Origin: a bacterium
Lineage (GTDB): Bacteria > UBA8248
Length of the DNA: 64,000 nucleotides
NCBI GenBank assembly: GCA_965261085.1
Contig: OZ253442.1
Location: 480,001 to 544,000 of the forward strand
Reading direction: 5' to 3'
Below are positions 43,527-53,590 of the stretch, in pieces (the stretch's first letter is position 1; each line of letters starts with the position of its first letter). The notes below the pieces were generated by a model. That model was not told the origin of the DNA. It searched no databases and saw only the letters and a program-made list of their open reading frames with translations. The position numbers and the translations under genes were made by a program.

Positions 43527-45715
43527 GCGTGGACCTGAGGGAAAGGGCCAATATCCCGAGGCGCGGGGGCCGGCGCGCGACACCCGTCATCCTCCAGATG
43601 GAAGCGACCGAGTGCGGCGCAGCCTGTCTGGCGATGGTCCTCGCCCACTACGGACGCTGGGTGCCGCTCGAGGAATTGCGTGTTCGCTGCGGCGTATCAC
43701 GCGACGGCAGCCGGGCGGACAGCGTGCTCCGCGCGGCGCGCGAATACGGCCTCATCGCGAGCGGCTTCAGGTGCGAGCCGGAGGATCTGCGCAAATTCCC
43801 CTTCCCGCTCATCGTCTTCTGGAATTTCAATCACTTCATCGTGGTCGAGGGCTTCAGGAAAGGCCGCTACTACGTCGTAGACCCCGCGCACGGCCCGCAA
43901 CAGATGTCCGCCGAGGAGTTCGACGAGGGATTTACGGGCATATGCCTGGCGTTCTCGCCGGGGCCGGACATGCGCCGGGGCGGCTCGCGCCCCAGCGCCT
44001 GGCGCGGCATCTTCTCCCGCCTGGAGGGCGCGCGCGCCCCCCTGTTCTTCGCGATCCTGGCCACCCTGGCGCTCACGGCGCCGGCCCTCGCCACCGCGAC
44101 GCTCATCAAGGTGTTTATCGACAACGTGCTGATCCCCGGAAGCGACACCTGGGTCACGCCCGTGCTGGCGGGTCTCGCCATCGCCGCCGTTTTACAAGGC
44201 CTGCTCGTCTGGATGCAGCAGGTCTCCCTCGCCCGCATGGAGATCAAGCTCTCCCTCGTCATGACCACACGCTTTTTCTGGCATATCCTGACCCTGCCGA
44301 TGACTTTCTTCGGCCAACGCTTCATCGGCGACATCTCAAACCGCGTGGCGTTGAACGAAAGGGTCGCGCAACTGCTCTCGGGCCAACTGGCGACAAGTGC
44401 TCTCGGCGTACTCAGGATGGGCGCCTTCGCCGTCGTCATGTACGCCTACGACGCGCAATTGACGCTGGTCGCGTTCGCCATCGTCGTCATCAACCTCCTG
44501 GCGCTTCGTGTCGTCTCGCGCGCGAGGCAAAACGGCGTGCGACGCCTGCTCAAGGAACAAAGCAAGGTGGCGGGCGTGACGGTCAACGGGCTGTACATGA
44601 TCGAGACGGTGAAGGCCAACGGCTCGGAGGGGGAATTCTTCGCCCGCTGGTCGGGAATGAACGTCAACGCCCTCGTAGCCCAGCAGGAGCTGAGCCGCCT
44701 GACGGGGCTTCTCGGCCTGATTCCCCCGTTCCTCTCGGCGCTCGGCACGGTGGCTATTCTCGGCGTCGGGGGACTGCGCTTGCTCGAAGGGGAGATCACC
44801 GTGGGCTCCCTGGTGGCGTTCCAACTCCTCACGCAGCAGTTCCTCGCGCCCATTGCGGGAATCGTGCAGTTCGGCGCCAATTACCAGACGGCGCAGGGCG
44901 ATCTCGCCCGGCTGGACGACGTGCTGCGCTACGAACCCGACGAGCGGGCCGTGAAAGCCGTGAGCGGGCCGCCTCGGGAAGCGCCCGAGCCGATGCGGGG
45001 CCGCGTCACCTTCGAGAACGTCACCTTCGGCTACAACGCCCAGGAACCGCCGCTCATCAAGGATTTGAGCTTCTTCATCCCGCCCGGACAGCGCGTCGCC
45101 CTGGTCGGCGGTTCAGGAAGCGGAAAATCGACCGTCGCGCGGCTGCTGGCGGGCCTCATACATCCCTGGTCCGGAGAGGTCGCCATCGACGGGCGCTCGG
45201 TGGATGAAATTCCCTCGAGCCATTTTTCCGGAATGCTCTCCTACGTCGATCAGGATATCGCTCTCTTCGAGGGCACCGTGCGGGAGAACGTGACCCTGTG
45301 GAACCCGACCATCGAGGAAAACCAGGTCACGCGCGCCCTGCGTGACGCCGCGGTCCACGCCGAGATCATGTCCCGCCTCGGCAAGTACGACGCGCTGGTC
45401 GAAGAAGGCGGACGCAACTTCAGCGGCGGACAGCGCCAGCGCCTCGAGATTGCGCGCGCGCTCGCGAGCGACCCGGCCGTCCTCGTCCTGGACGAGGCCA
45501 CGGCGGCCCTCGACCCCGTAACCGAGACCGGCATCGACGATCACCTCCGCCGGCGGGGCTGCACCTGTCTCATCGTCGCCCATCGGCTGAGCACGGTGCG
45601 GGATGCGGATGAGATTATCGTTCTCGCGGAGGGCGCCGTCGTCCAGCGCGGAACGCATGAAGACCTCATCGCCGATAAGGACGGCGTCTACTACTCTCTG
45701 GTCACCTCGAGTTGA
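43523..45715 (+). CDS. NHLP-family bacteriocin export ABC transporter, C39 peptidase/permease/ATPase
   Basis: LQMEATECGAACL (Cys), FWNFNHF (His), DPA (Asp), GGSGSGKS, FSGGQRQR, LDEAT; TTG start overlaps the hlyD stop. Confidence 0.92.
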   Translation: MSVDLRERANIPRRGGRRATPVILQMEATECGAACLAMVLAHYGRWVPLEELRVRCGVSRDGSRADSVLRAAREYGLIASGFRCEPEDLRKFPFPLIVFWNFNHFIVVEGFRKGRYYVVDPAHGPQQMSAEEFDEGFTGICLAFSPGPDMRRGGSRPSAWRGIFSRLEGARAPLFFAILATLALTAPALATATLIKVFIDNVLIPGSDTWVTPVLAGLAIAAVLQGLLVWMQQVSLARMEIKLSLVMTTRFFWHILTLPMTFFGQRFIGDISNRVALNERVAQLLSGQLATSALGVLRMGAFAVVMYAYDAQLTLVAFAIVVINLLALRVVSRARQNGVRRLLKEQSKVAGVTVNGLYMIETVKANGSEGEFFARWSGMNVNALVAQQELSRLTGLLGLIPPFLSALGTVAILGVGGLRLLEGEITVGSLVAFQLLTQQFLAPIAGIVQFGANYQTAQGDLARLDDVLRYEPDERAVKAVSGPPREAPEPMRGRVTFENVTFGYNAQEPPLIKDLSFFIPPGQRVALVGGSGSGKSTVARLLAGLIHPWSGEVAIDGRSVDEIPSSHFSGMLSYVDQDIALFEGTVRENVTLWNPTIEENQVTRALRDAAVHAEIMSRLGKYDALVEEGGRNFSGGQRQRLEIARALASDPAVLVLDEATAALDPVTETGIDDHLRRRGCTCLIVAHRLSTVRDADEIIVLAEGAVVQRGTHEDLIADKDGVYYSLVTSS

Positions 45716-45719
45716 GGCC

Positions 45720-48641
45720 ATGGCGGCGATAGACGACATCATCAGGCAAATCCGGGGCAGACCCTTCGAGGCGGGCGCCCATCGTTCGCTCTCGCTCCAC
45801 GACCCCGAACAAGTCTACCTCGTCGCACAAGGGCATCTGGATATATTCACGGCCGAGTTCAAAGGCGAGGAGGTAGTGAGCCGAAGGCCCTTCACGACCC
45901 GCATCCCCGAGGGTTCGATAGGCTTCGGCGCGCCGCGCGCAAGCGGCGTGGAATCTGATTTCGGTTTCCTGGCCGTGCCGTCTCAGAACGCGGTTATCGT
46001 CGAGGGAGAGCGCGAGGGCCTGACCGAGGAGGGCATTTTCGACATCAACCTCATCCTCTCGCTCGACGAGTGGGTCTCGCGCCTTTCCGAGCTTCTGGTT
46101 CGCGCCTCACCACCGGTCTCGCGAGACGCCATGCTGCTCGAAGCCGACCCGGACGTGCCCTATCCGGGGGGCGCCACGCTGAGCGCGCACCACTCCGACG
46201 TCGTATGGATTTCGGCCGACCAGCCGGTGCGGCTCATGGGGCGTGAGGAGATGGTCCTGCCGGCGGGCGAGGTCTTGCCGCTTTGCGAGCGCACCTGGGT
46301 CGAGACCGGCGAGAAAGAAACCAGGGTGTCGGCCTCTCACACGCCGCGCCTCCTTGTCGACGAAATGCTCTGGCCCGCTCTCTACCGCTTCAGCGAGTCG
46401 ATTCTGCTCTACGCGGGAAGGATGCGCGAGGAGAGCGCCGCCGCCCTGAGCGAGCGTCATGAGGAGGTCCGCGAAGCCCATAGCGCCGCGGGCCGGATCG
46501 CGCGGTGGAACCTCGGAGGGGTGCTGGGGTCCGCCGAGGAGGAACGCGCGCGCGATGCGACCGGCCTCGCCGCCGCCGAGGCGGCGATGAGCCTCGTCGC
46601 CGAGTCGGTCGGCGCGGAAATCAATTTGCGCGGGGGGGAGGAGAAAAACGATGACCCGCTACAGGCTTTTGAGACGATTGCGCGCCGCTCCGGCGTGAGC
46701 GCCCGAGAGATCGCCCTCGCCCCTGATTGGTGGAAGCACGACGGTCCCTCCTTCGCCGGGGTGACAAAAGACGGGAAAAGCCCGATTGCCGTGCTCTCGA
46801 ACGGAGGCGGCCGCTATACCGCCGTCGATCCGGCGACGAACCACTCCTACGCCGTCGGGCGCCGCAACGCCGCCCAGATCGAAAACCGGGGCGTGATGCT
46901 CTATGCGCCTTTCAAGGCTGAGGTCCGCGACGGGTCCTCGGCGCTGCGCGACGTGATGCGCAGGCGAACGAGAGACATCCATAGCATGTTCTCCATGAGC
47001 CTGCTCGCAGGCCTGGTGGCTCTCGTGACGCCGCTGCTGACCGGGCGCCTGCTCGCCGACATCATCCCGCGCATCGACATGCCGATGTGGATCGCCGCCC
47101 TGGGTGCATTGCTGTTCGCCGCGCTGGGCGCCACCGCCTTCCAACTGGTGCGCTCCTACGCGATGCTGCGCGTCGAAGGGCGGCTGGGCGAAGATCTGCA
47201 AAGCGCTCTATGGAGCCGGCTGCTGGCGCTCTCTGTGAGATTTTTCCGTCTGTATTCCGCCGCCGATCTGGCCGACCGGCTGGGCGGCGTGACGCGGATG
47301 CGGATGATGCTGGCGGGCGGGGCCATGAACGCCATCATGAGCGGCATTTTCTCCGTCTTCAGCTTCGCCCTGCTGCTCTACTACAGTTGGCGACTCGCGC
47401 TCGCCGCCGCCACGATGGTATTGGCGCTGCTGCTGGCGAGCGCCCTCTTCTCCTATTTGCAAATGAAGCGCCATCGCGCAGCCTTTGCGATGAAGGGCAC
47501 CATCGACGCGACGATCTTCCAGACCATCACCGGCCTCGCCAAACTCCGCATGGCGAACGCCGAGCCCTACGTCCTCGCGCGCTGGGCCGAACAATTCGCC
47601 GGGCAGCAGCGCGAAACGCTGAGCGCGCGCAAATGGGCGGCGGCCCAGTTCGCCTTAAACGGCCTGTTCATCCCGATGGCCTCATTCGTGCTGCTCGCCA
47701 TGATCTGGCATCTGCTGGTCGACGCCGCCTCGCCCGCGTCGTTCGGCCTGCTCGACTTCCTCGTCTCCTTCACCGCCTTCGGGCAACTGGCGGGGGCGAT
47801 GGCGGGGCTGACGGGCGCGGCGGCGACGGTGATCGCCGTGATTCCCCTCTTCGAGCGCGTGAAGCCGGTGCTCGAGGCGGAACCGGATACCGCCATGGGT
47901 GACATCGATCCGGGGGATTTGACCGGCGAAATCGAACTCTCCGGCGTCTCCTTCCGCTATCACCCCGATGGCGAAAACGAGCTGACGAACATATCGCTGC
48001 GGATTGAGCCGGGCGATTACGTGGCGATCGTCGGCGCGTCGGGTTCGGGCAAATCGACCATCTACCGCTTGCTCCTCGGCTTCGAGCGTCCCGATTCGGG
48101 AGCGATATTATTCGACGGCCATGACTTGTTGAGCCTCGACCTGGGCGCGGTGCGCAGCCACATGGGGGTCGTCCTCCAGAACGGTCAACTCATCGCCGAC
48201 AGCATCTACAGCAACATCGCGAGTTCTTCGCAGTTGAGCATGGAGGACGCATGGGCGGCCGTGCGCGCGGCGGGTCTCGAAGAGGATGTCCAGGCGATGC
48301 CGATGGGGCTGCACACGGTGCTCCACGAGGGAGGCGGCGGACTCTCCGGCGGCCAGAAACAGCGCCTGCTCATCGCCCGGGCGCTTGCCCGCAAGCCTCG
48401 CATCCTGATGTTCGACGAGGCGACCAGTTCTCTGGACAACCGCACCCAGGCCATCGTTCAGGAGGCGCTGGGCAAGCTGAGCATCACGCGCCTGGTGATC
48501 GCCCATCGGGTGAGCACCGTGCGCGAGGTCGACCGCATCTACGTGCTGGACAAAGGCGGGATCGTCGAGAGCGGAAACTACAACGAACTCATGACCATAG
48601 ACGGCGCTTTCGCGAAACTGGCCAAACGCCAGTTGACGTAA
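45720..48641 (+). CDS. NHLP bacteriocin export ABC transporter permease/ATPase (second subunit)
   Basis: Long N-terminal region, DWWKHDGPS, GASGSGKS, LSGGQKQR, FDEATSSLDN. Confidence 0.9.
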   Translation: MAAIDDIIRQIRGRPFEAGAHRSLSLHDPEQVYLVAQGHLDIFTAEFKGEEVVSRRPFTTRIPEGSIGFGAPRASGVESDFGFLAVPSQNAVIVEGEREGLTEEGIFDINLILSLDEWVSRLSELLVRASPPVSRDAMLLEADPDVPYPGGATLSAHHSDVVWISADQPVRLMGREEMVLPAGEVLPLCERTWVETGEKETRVSASHTPRLLVDEMLWPALYRFSESILLYAGRMREESAAALSERHEEVREAHSAAGRIARWNLGGVLGSAEEERARDATGLAAAEAAMSLVAESVGAEINLRGGEEKNDDPLQAFETIARRSGVSAREIALAPDWWKHDGPSFAGVTKDGKSPIAVLSNGGGRYTAVDPATNHSYAVGRRNAAQIENRGVMLYAPFKAEVRDGSSALRDVMRRRTRDIHSMFSMSLLAGLVALVTPLLTGRLLADIIPRIDMPMWIAALGALLFAALGATAFQLVRSYAMLRVEGRLGEDLQSALWSRLLALSVRFFRLYSAADLADRLGGVTRMRMMLAGGAMNAIMSGIFSVFSFALLLYYSWRLALAAATMVLALLLASALFSYLQMKRHRAAFAMKGTIDATIFQTITGLAKLRMANAEPYVLARWAEQFAGQQRETLSARKWAAAQFALNGLFIPMASFVLLAMIWHLLVDAASPASFGLLDFLVSFTAFGQLAGAMAGLTGAAATVIAVIPLFERVKPVLEAEPDTAMGDIDPGDLTGEIELSGVSFRYHPDGENELTNISLRIEPGDYVAIVGASGSGKSTIYRLLLGFERPDSGAILFDGHDLLSLDLGAVRSHMGVVLQNGQLIADSIYSNIASSSQLSMEDAWAAVRAAGLEEDVQAMPMGLHTVLHEGGGGLSGGQKQRLLIARALARKPRILMFDEATSSLDNRTQAIVQEALGKLSITRLVIAHRVSTVREVDRIYVLDKGGIVESGNYNELMTIDGAFAKLAKRQLT

Positions 48642-48742
48642 GCGGCTCAGATCGTGATTACAATGGGAACACGGGCGCGCGTCGAGCCGGACGCCTTCTA
48701 ACGCCGGCGGGAATACTCACACAACAAGGGGGCGGACTCCAT

Positions 48743-49528
48743 ATGAATTATGAGAACATACGCACCGAAATGGACGGTGAGCTGCTCATCGTCACCCTTC
48801 ACTGGCCAGAGCGGCGAAACGCCATGACCCACCAGATGCGGGTCGACCTGCTCGATTGCGCCCGCCGCGCCGAGACCGACGATTCGGTGAAGGCCATCGT
48901 CTTCACCGGACATGGGGACAAATCTTTTTGCGCAGGCGCCAACATCCCCGAACTCGAACAACGCACGCTGGTCTCGGAAATGGGACCTTCGGCGACGCTG
49001 CGCAAGGAGTTGCCGACCGCCATCGAGCGCCTCGGCAAGCCGAGCGTCGCCGCGATCAACGGCTACTGCTTCGGCGCGGGTCTCGAATTCGCCATGGGCT
49101 GCACCATCCGCATCGCGAGCGAGAACGCCCAACTCGCGCTGCCGGAGATCAACCTGGGTCAAATCCCTGGCAGCGGCGGCACGCAGCGCCTCTACCGGTT
49201 CGTGGGACTTGGCTGGGCCATGCAGATGGTGCTGACGGGACAGCGCGTCGGCGCGCCAACCGCAAAAGAGATCGGCCTGGTCACCGAGGTCATGCCGCTC
49301 GCCGACCTGATGCCCCGCGCGAAGGAACTGGCGCGCGCGATGGGGGCGCAATCCCCCATGGCCTTCGCCGCCGGGCGCGACGCCGTCCTCCGCTCGACGG
49401 AAACGGAACTTCTGGCGGGTATCGACTATGAGCGCAAGCTCTACGCCATCTGTATGGCGACCGAAGACAGCCGCGAGGCCCTGAAAGCCTACGCCGAAAA
49501 ACGCGCCCCCGAATACAAGGGCCGCTAA
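48743..49528 (+). CDS. Enoyl-CoA hydratase/isomerase
   Basis: SFCAGAN, AAINGYCFGAGLE, LPEINLGQIPGSGGTQRL. Confidence 0.9.
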   Translation: MNYENIRTEMDGELLIVTLHWPERRNAMTHQMRVDLLDCARRAETDDSVKAIVFTGHGDKSFCAGANIPELEQRTLVSEMGPSATLRKELPTAIERLGKPSVAAINGYCFGAGLEFAMGCTIRIASENAQLALPEINLGQIPGSGGTQRLYRFVGLGWAMQMVLTGQRVGAPTAKEIGLVTEVMPLADLMPRAKELARAMGAQSPMAFAAGRDAVLRSTETELLAGIDYERKLYAICMATEDSREALKAYAEKRAPEYKGR

Positions 49529-49542
49529 TCCGGGAACCAAGC

Positions 49543-51150
49543 ATGAAGCCATCCTTGCTGGACAAAGAAAAAATAGAGGCCTACCTCGCCGCAGGATACT
49601 GGACGCGCGAGACGATGGTGGAGCGTTACGCCGCCTATGCTCGGGATTTTCCCGAAAAAATCGCCTGCCGTGATTCGCAAGAAGAGATCACCTGGCGGGA
49701 ACTGGATGAACTCACCGACCGCATCGCCGCGAACTTGATCGCCAAGGGAATCGAGCGTGACGCCCGCGCCCTGGTGCAGATGGCATCCTCAAACCGCGAG
49801 ATGATCCTCCGAATCGCCTTCAAAAAAGCCGGTATCATCGGCTGTTTCGCCCCCATGCAGTGGCGGCGCAAGGAACTCGGCCACGCCTTTGGGGAACTCA
49901 CGCCGGGGGTCATCTTCGCCTCGCCCGAATCGGTGGAGAAGAGCCGACCCACCTGGCTGGATGAGGCCGGAGCCGAAAGTGCCCTTCGCGTCGATCTCTC
50001 GGGAGAATCTCCCGAAGGGTGGCTCCCCTGGAGCGAGCTAATCAAACCCCCGCTAGACGCAGGTGCGCTCGTAGAGATCGCCTCCCGGGCTTTCCGCTTC
50101 GATGAGATTTCCCTCATCACGGTCTCGAGCGGCTCCAGCGGCTTTTCGAAGCTGTGCGAATGGCCCGAAGGGGCGCAAATGTGTCTCGCCCGCGCAAACG
50201 GCGCGCGATTGTGTATCAGCGAGGACGACAACATCGGCGTTTTCGCGCCGATGGCGGGGGGCGCGGGGCTGCTGGTTTGGGTGACGTCGGGCATGACGCC
50301 GTGCGCCTTCACGTTCCCCGAAACCTATAACGCGCGCGCTTTATTGGCGCTCATCGAGAGTGCGAAGATCACGGTGGCGACGACCGTGCCCGTCATCTTA
50401 AACCGTCTGGCGCAAGAAGATTTGGGCTCATTCGACCTGCGCTCGCTGCGCGCCATACGCATCGGCACGGCGGCGGCGAACCTCGATGCGGCGCGCCATG
50501 TGGAAAGCCTCACCGATTGCCGCGTCGTGGTCGCGGCGGGTAGCATGGAAACCCCCGGTTTCGCACACGCGCACTTCAATGAGCCCGCAGCGCTCAGGCT
50601 CAACGGCAGCGTCGGCTTGCCGCACCGGGGGGCTGGCTGGCGGATCGAGGATGAGGAGGGGAACGAGCTTCCCCCGGGCGGAATCGGCCATTTCAAACTC
50701 TCGGCCCCTTATGCGTCTTCGGGCTACTGGAAGGACCCCGAAGCCACGGCGGCGGTCTGGTCGGAAGGCTGGAACGCGACCGGCGACATTGCGACAATCG
50801 ACGAGGACGACCGGTTGAGATTGTTAGGCCGCAGCAAGGAGGTCATCAATCGCAGCGGCCAGAAGATATTGCCGGTCGAGGTCGAACGCGAGATCGCCAA
50901 ACACCCCGACGTTTTCGAGTGCGCCGTCGTCGCCGCGCCCGACCCCGAATACGGCGAGGTGCCCTGGGCGTTCGTCCAGACCCATGACGGGAAAAGCCTC
51001 GACACGCAATCTTTGGCCGATGCGCTTCGAGCGAGCGGCCTCGCCACCTACAAGATACCGGCCCGGTTCATCGAACTCGGCGAATTCCCCCGCGTCGCGA
51101 GTGATAAGATCGACAAGAAAGCGCTGCTGCAAATGGCGCTCGCTGAATAG
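49543..51150 (+). CDS. AMP-binding acyl/aryl-CoA ligase
   Basis: SSGSSGFSK, GSME, TGD, GRSKEVINRSG, YKIP, KIDKK; several core motifs are divergent. Confidence 0.85.
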   Translation: MKPSLLDKEKIEAYLAAGYWTRETMVERYAAYARDFPEKIACRDSQEEITWRELDELTDRIAANLIAKGIERDARALVQMASSNREMILRIAFKKAGIIGCFAPMQWRRKELGHAFGELTPGVIFASPESVEKSRPTWLDEAGAESALRVDLSGESPEGWLPWSELIKPPLDAGALVEIASRAFRFDEISLITVSSGSSGFSKLCEWPEGAQMCLARANGARLCISEDDNIGVFAPMAGGAGLLVWVTSGMTPCAFTFPETYNARALLALIESAKITVATTVPVILNRLAQEDLGSFDLRSLRAIRIGTAAANLDAARHVESLTDCRVVVAAGSMETPGFAHAHFNEPAALRLNGSVGLPHRGAGWRIEDEEGNELPPGGIGHFKLSAPYASSGYWKDPEATAAVWSEGWNATGDIATIDEDDRLRLLGRSKEVINRSGQKILPVEVEREIAKHPDVFECAVVAAPDPEYGEVPWAFVQTHDGKSLDTQSLADALRASGLATYKIPARFIELGEFPRVASDKIDKKALLQMALAE

Positions 51151-51185
51151 AAACGACAAACCATGACGGAGGGAGAAACTTGACG

Positions 51186-51983
51186 ATGGAACACGACGAA
51201 GACCTGCACGGCGCCAGTTTCGACGGCTTCACGGTCGAGGTGGACGCAGAGCAACAGCGCGGCGACATCATTCTCGACCGCGGCGAGATGAACACGATCA
51301 GCATGGGCCAGCGCGAGGAGTTGCGCGCCGCCTTCGAGAACCTCGACCGCGACGAGCGCGTGCGCGTTATCGTGCTGCGCGCCTTAGGCCCCAATTTCTC
51401 CTCTGGCGGATTCATTCGCGGCTTCATGGAGGCCTCGCCCGAGCACGTCTCGAAACTCGCCGACAACATCGCCGCGCCCACGCGGTGCGAGAAACCGACC
51501 ATCGCCGCAAACCGCGGCTATTGCTTCGGGGTCGGCTTCGAGGTCTCGCTCGCGTGTGATTTTCGGGTCGCGTCCGAGACGACGCGCTACGCCCTGCCCG
51601 AGCAGCGCCTGGGGCAGATTCCGGGCTCGGGCGGCTCTGCGCGCTTACAGAAGATGATCGGCATCACACGGACGAAGCACATCGTCATGCGCTCAAAACG
51701 CATCAGCGGCAAACAGGCCTATGAGTGGGGCATCGTGACGGAAGTTGTCGCAGACGAAGAGCTCGAAGCCGCCACGGACGCCCTCGTGGCGGAGCTATGT
51801 CAGTTCGCCCCGCTGGCGCAGCGAACGGCCAAGCGCCTGCTCAACGAGACGGAAGACACCTTCTTGTCCTTAGGCATTCAACTGGAGGGTCATTGCTACT
51901 CGCGGCTTCGACAATCGGATGATTTCAAAGAGGGCGTGGAGGCCTTTCACGAGAAGCGCAAACCCAATTTCAGGGGGAGTTGA
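51186..51983 (+). CDS. hmfE: Enoyl-CoA hydratase-family enzyme, 2-oxoglutaroyl-CoA hydrolase (HmfE)-like
   Basis: FSSGG..GFMEASPEHVSKLA, AANRGYCFGVGFE, GQIPGSGGSARLQKM, LEGHCYSRLR match HmfE as recalled. Confidence 0.65.
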   Translation: MEHDEDLHGASFDGFTVEVDAEQQRGDIILDRGEMNTISMGQREELRAAFENLDRDERVRVIVLRALGPNFSSGGFIRGFMEASPEHVSKLADNIAAPTRCEKPTIAANRGYCFGVGFEVSLACDFRVASETTRYALPEQRLGQIPGSGGSARLQKMIGITRTKHIVMRSKRISGKQAYEWGIVTEVVADEELEAATDALVAELCQFAPLAQRTAKRLLNETEDTFLSLGIQLEGHCYSRLRQSDDFKEGVEAFHEKRKPNFRGS

Positions 51984-52213
51984 GGAACGTTCGGCTTCTC
52001 TCGGAAATTCCGCCCCACCTTGATGTGTGCATGAGGCGTTTCTCCCTTTCCTCCGCGTACGGCTCGCCCCTTCCAGTGGGGCGTTTCGTGCCCCGTAAAG
52101 AGATTTGTGCTACACTGCATTCACATCTCGTACATGAAGGTTCCGGTACGGGCGCCATCCCGAAAGACGGTTGGCCCGCAAGGTTTTCTCAAGACCAAGG
52201 GGGGGAGATCGTC

Positions 52214-52684
52214 ATGTTAGGTCCCATGCACCATTCCAGCAGAACGGTTTCGGACATCAAAAAGTCCATCGTGTTTTACCGCGACATTCTGGGCTTCGAA
52301 GTGGTGGAGGACATCAGCTCCGACGAGGAGGGGATTCAATACGCCTCGACCACGCCCGACAGCCGGCTTCGGATCGTCATGCTCCAGGCGGGAGGTGCGA
52401 TCGTGGAGCTCATCCAGTTCCTGAAAGCGGAGGGGAAAACCTACGACAATCCGCCGGCCCTAAACGACGTGGGCAGCAGCCACATCGCCTTCGAACCCGA
52501 AGACCTGGACGCCGCCTATGCGGATCTTGTTGACAAGGGCGTGCGCTTCGCCACCTCGCCCCAGGTGACGTGGCGAGGCCCGGGCCGTTACTGGAGGGCC
52601 GCCATTTTCTATGACCCGGACGGCTTCGACTTGGCTCTTTTCAAAATGTATGAGGGCGAGCCCGCCGAAACTGTTTCCGGCTGA
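52214..52684 (+). CDS. VOC/glyoxalase-family protein
   Basis: HHSSRTVSD...FYRDILGF, VELIQF, HIAF, FYDPDG. Confidence 0.85.
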   Translation: MLGPMHHSSRTVSDIKKSIVFYRDILGFEVVEDISSDEEGIQYASTTPDSRLRIVMLQAGGAIVELIQFLKAEGKTYDNPPALNDVGSSHIAFEPEDLDAAYADLVDKGVRFATSPQVTWRGPGRYWRAAIFYDPDGFDLALFKMYEGEPAETVSG

Positions 52685-52713
52685 GTCCGCAACCTTATGG
52701 AGGAAACGACGCC

Positions 52714-53487
52714 ATGATGCTGAGCGACCTGACCTGGATGGAAATCCGCGACCTGATTCCCGAGAACCCCGTCATCATCCAGCCCGTGGGCTCGACCGAG
52801 CAGCACGGCCCCCACCTGCCGGTTCAGGTGGACATATCGAGCTCGTTTGAAGTCGCAAAGGCCGTCGGCGACAGGACGGGCTGCCTCGTCGCCCCGCCGC
52901 TTCCCTACGGCTACTCGGAAGTCTGGGAGAATTTCCCCGGCACCATCAGTTTGACGGCCGAAACCTTCATGACGTGCGTCGCCGAGATCACCGAAAGCCT
53001 CGTGCGCAACGGCTTCAAGAGGATTCTCTTCTTAAACGGCCACAACCCCAATCTGCCCCTGCTCCAGACCATGATGTTCAAGCTCATGGACCGCTACGGC
53101 CGAAGCGGGGATAGGCTTATCGTCGCCGGTAGCTATTTCATGGTGGACAAGGAGACGTGCGACGCCATCGGCGACAACTTCCGCGAGGGCACCCACGCGA
53201 ACGAGTTCGAGACGTCCTTCATGATGCACATCCGCCCGGACATGGTGCACGTGGATCGGCTGGGCGATTGGGAGTACAAGCCCGAACTGGTGCTCTCCTT
53301 TCAGCACGGGGTGACGTCGATCGTGCGCCTGCCCGACAGCCGGGTGCACAACGGCGTCTACGGAGACCCGCGCCGGGCCACGCCGGAGAAGGGCCGCCAA
53401 TACTTCGAGGCCTGCGTGAACAAGGTGGCCGAGATAGTGGAGAACTTCAACCCGGAATATTTCGGAATACAGGAAGTCTACACGTAA
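52714..53487 (+). CDS. Creatininase-family amidohydrolase
   Basis: PVGSTEQHGPHLP..D, FPGTISL, NGHNPN, HANEFETS, GVYGDP. Confidence 0.9.
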   Translation: MMLSDLTWMEIRDLIPENPVIIQPVGSTEQHGPHLPVQVDISSSFEVAKAVGDRTGCLVAPPLPYGYSEVWENFPGTISLTAETFMTCVAEITESLVRNGFKRILFLNGHNPNLPLLQTMMFKLMDRYGRSGDRLIVAGSYFMVDKETCDAIGDNFREGTHANEFETSFMMHIRPDMVHVDRLGDWEYKPELVLSFQHGVTSIVRLPDSRVHNGVYGDPRRATPEKGRQYFEACVNKVAEIVENFNPEYFGIQEVYT

Positions 53488-53590
53488 GAGTCCAGAGAGC
53501 GTTGCAGGATTATCGGGTTCAGGCCGTTTCGGGAGGAGTGGGTGAGTGCCTCCGTTCACCCCGCTTCGTCCTGCTCCGTTCAGCGCAGTA

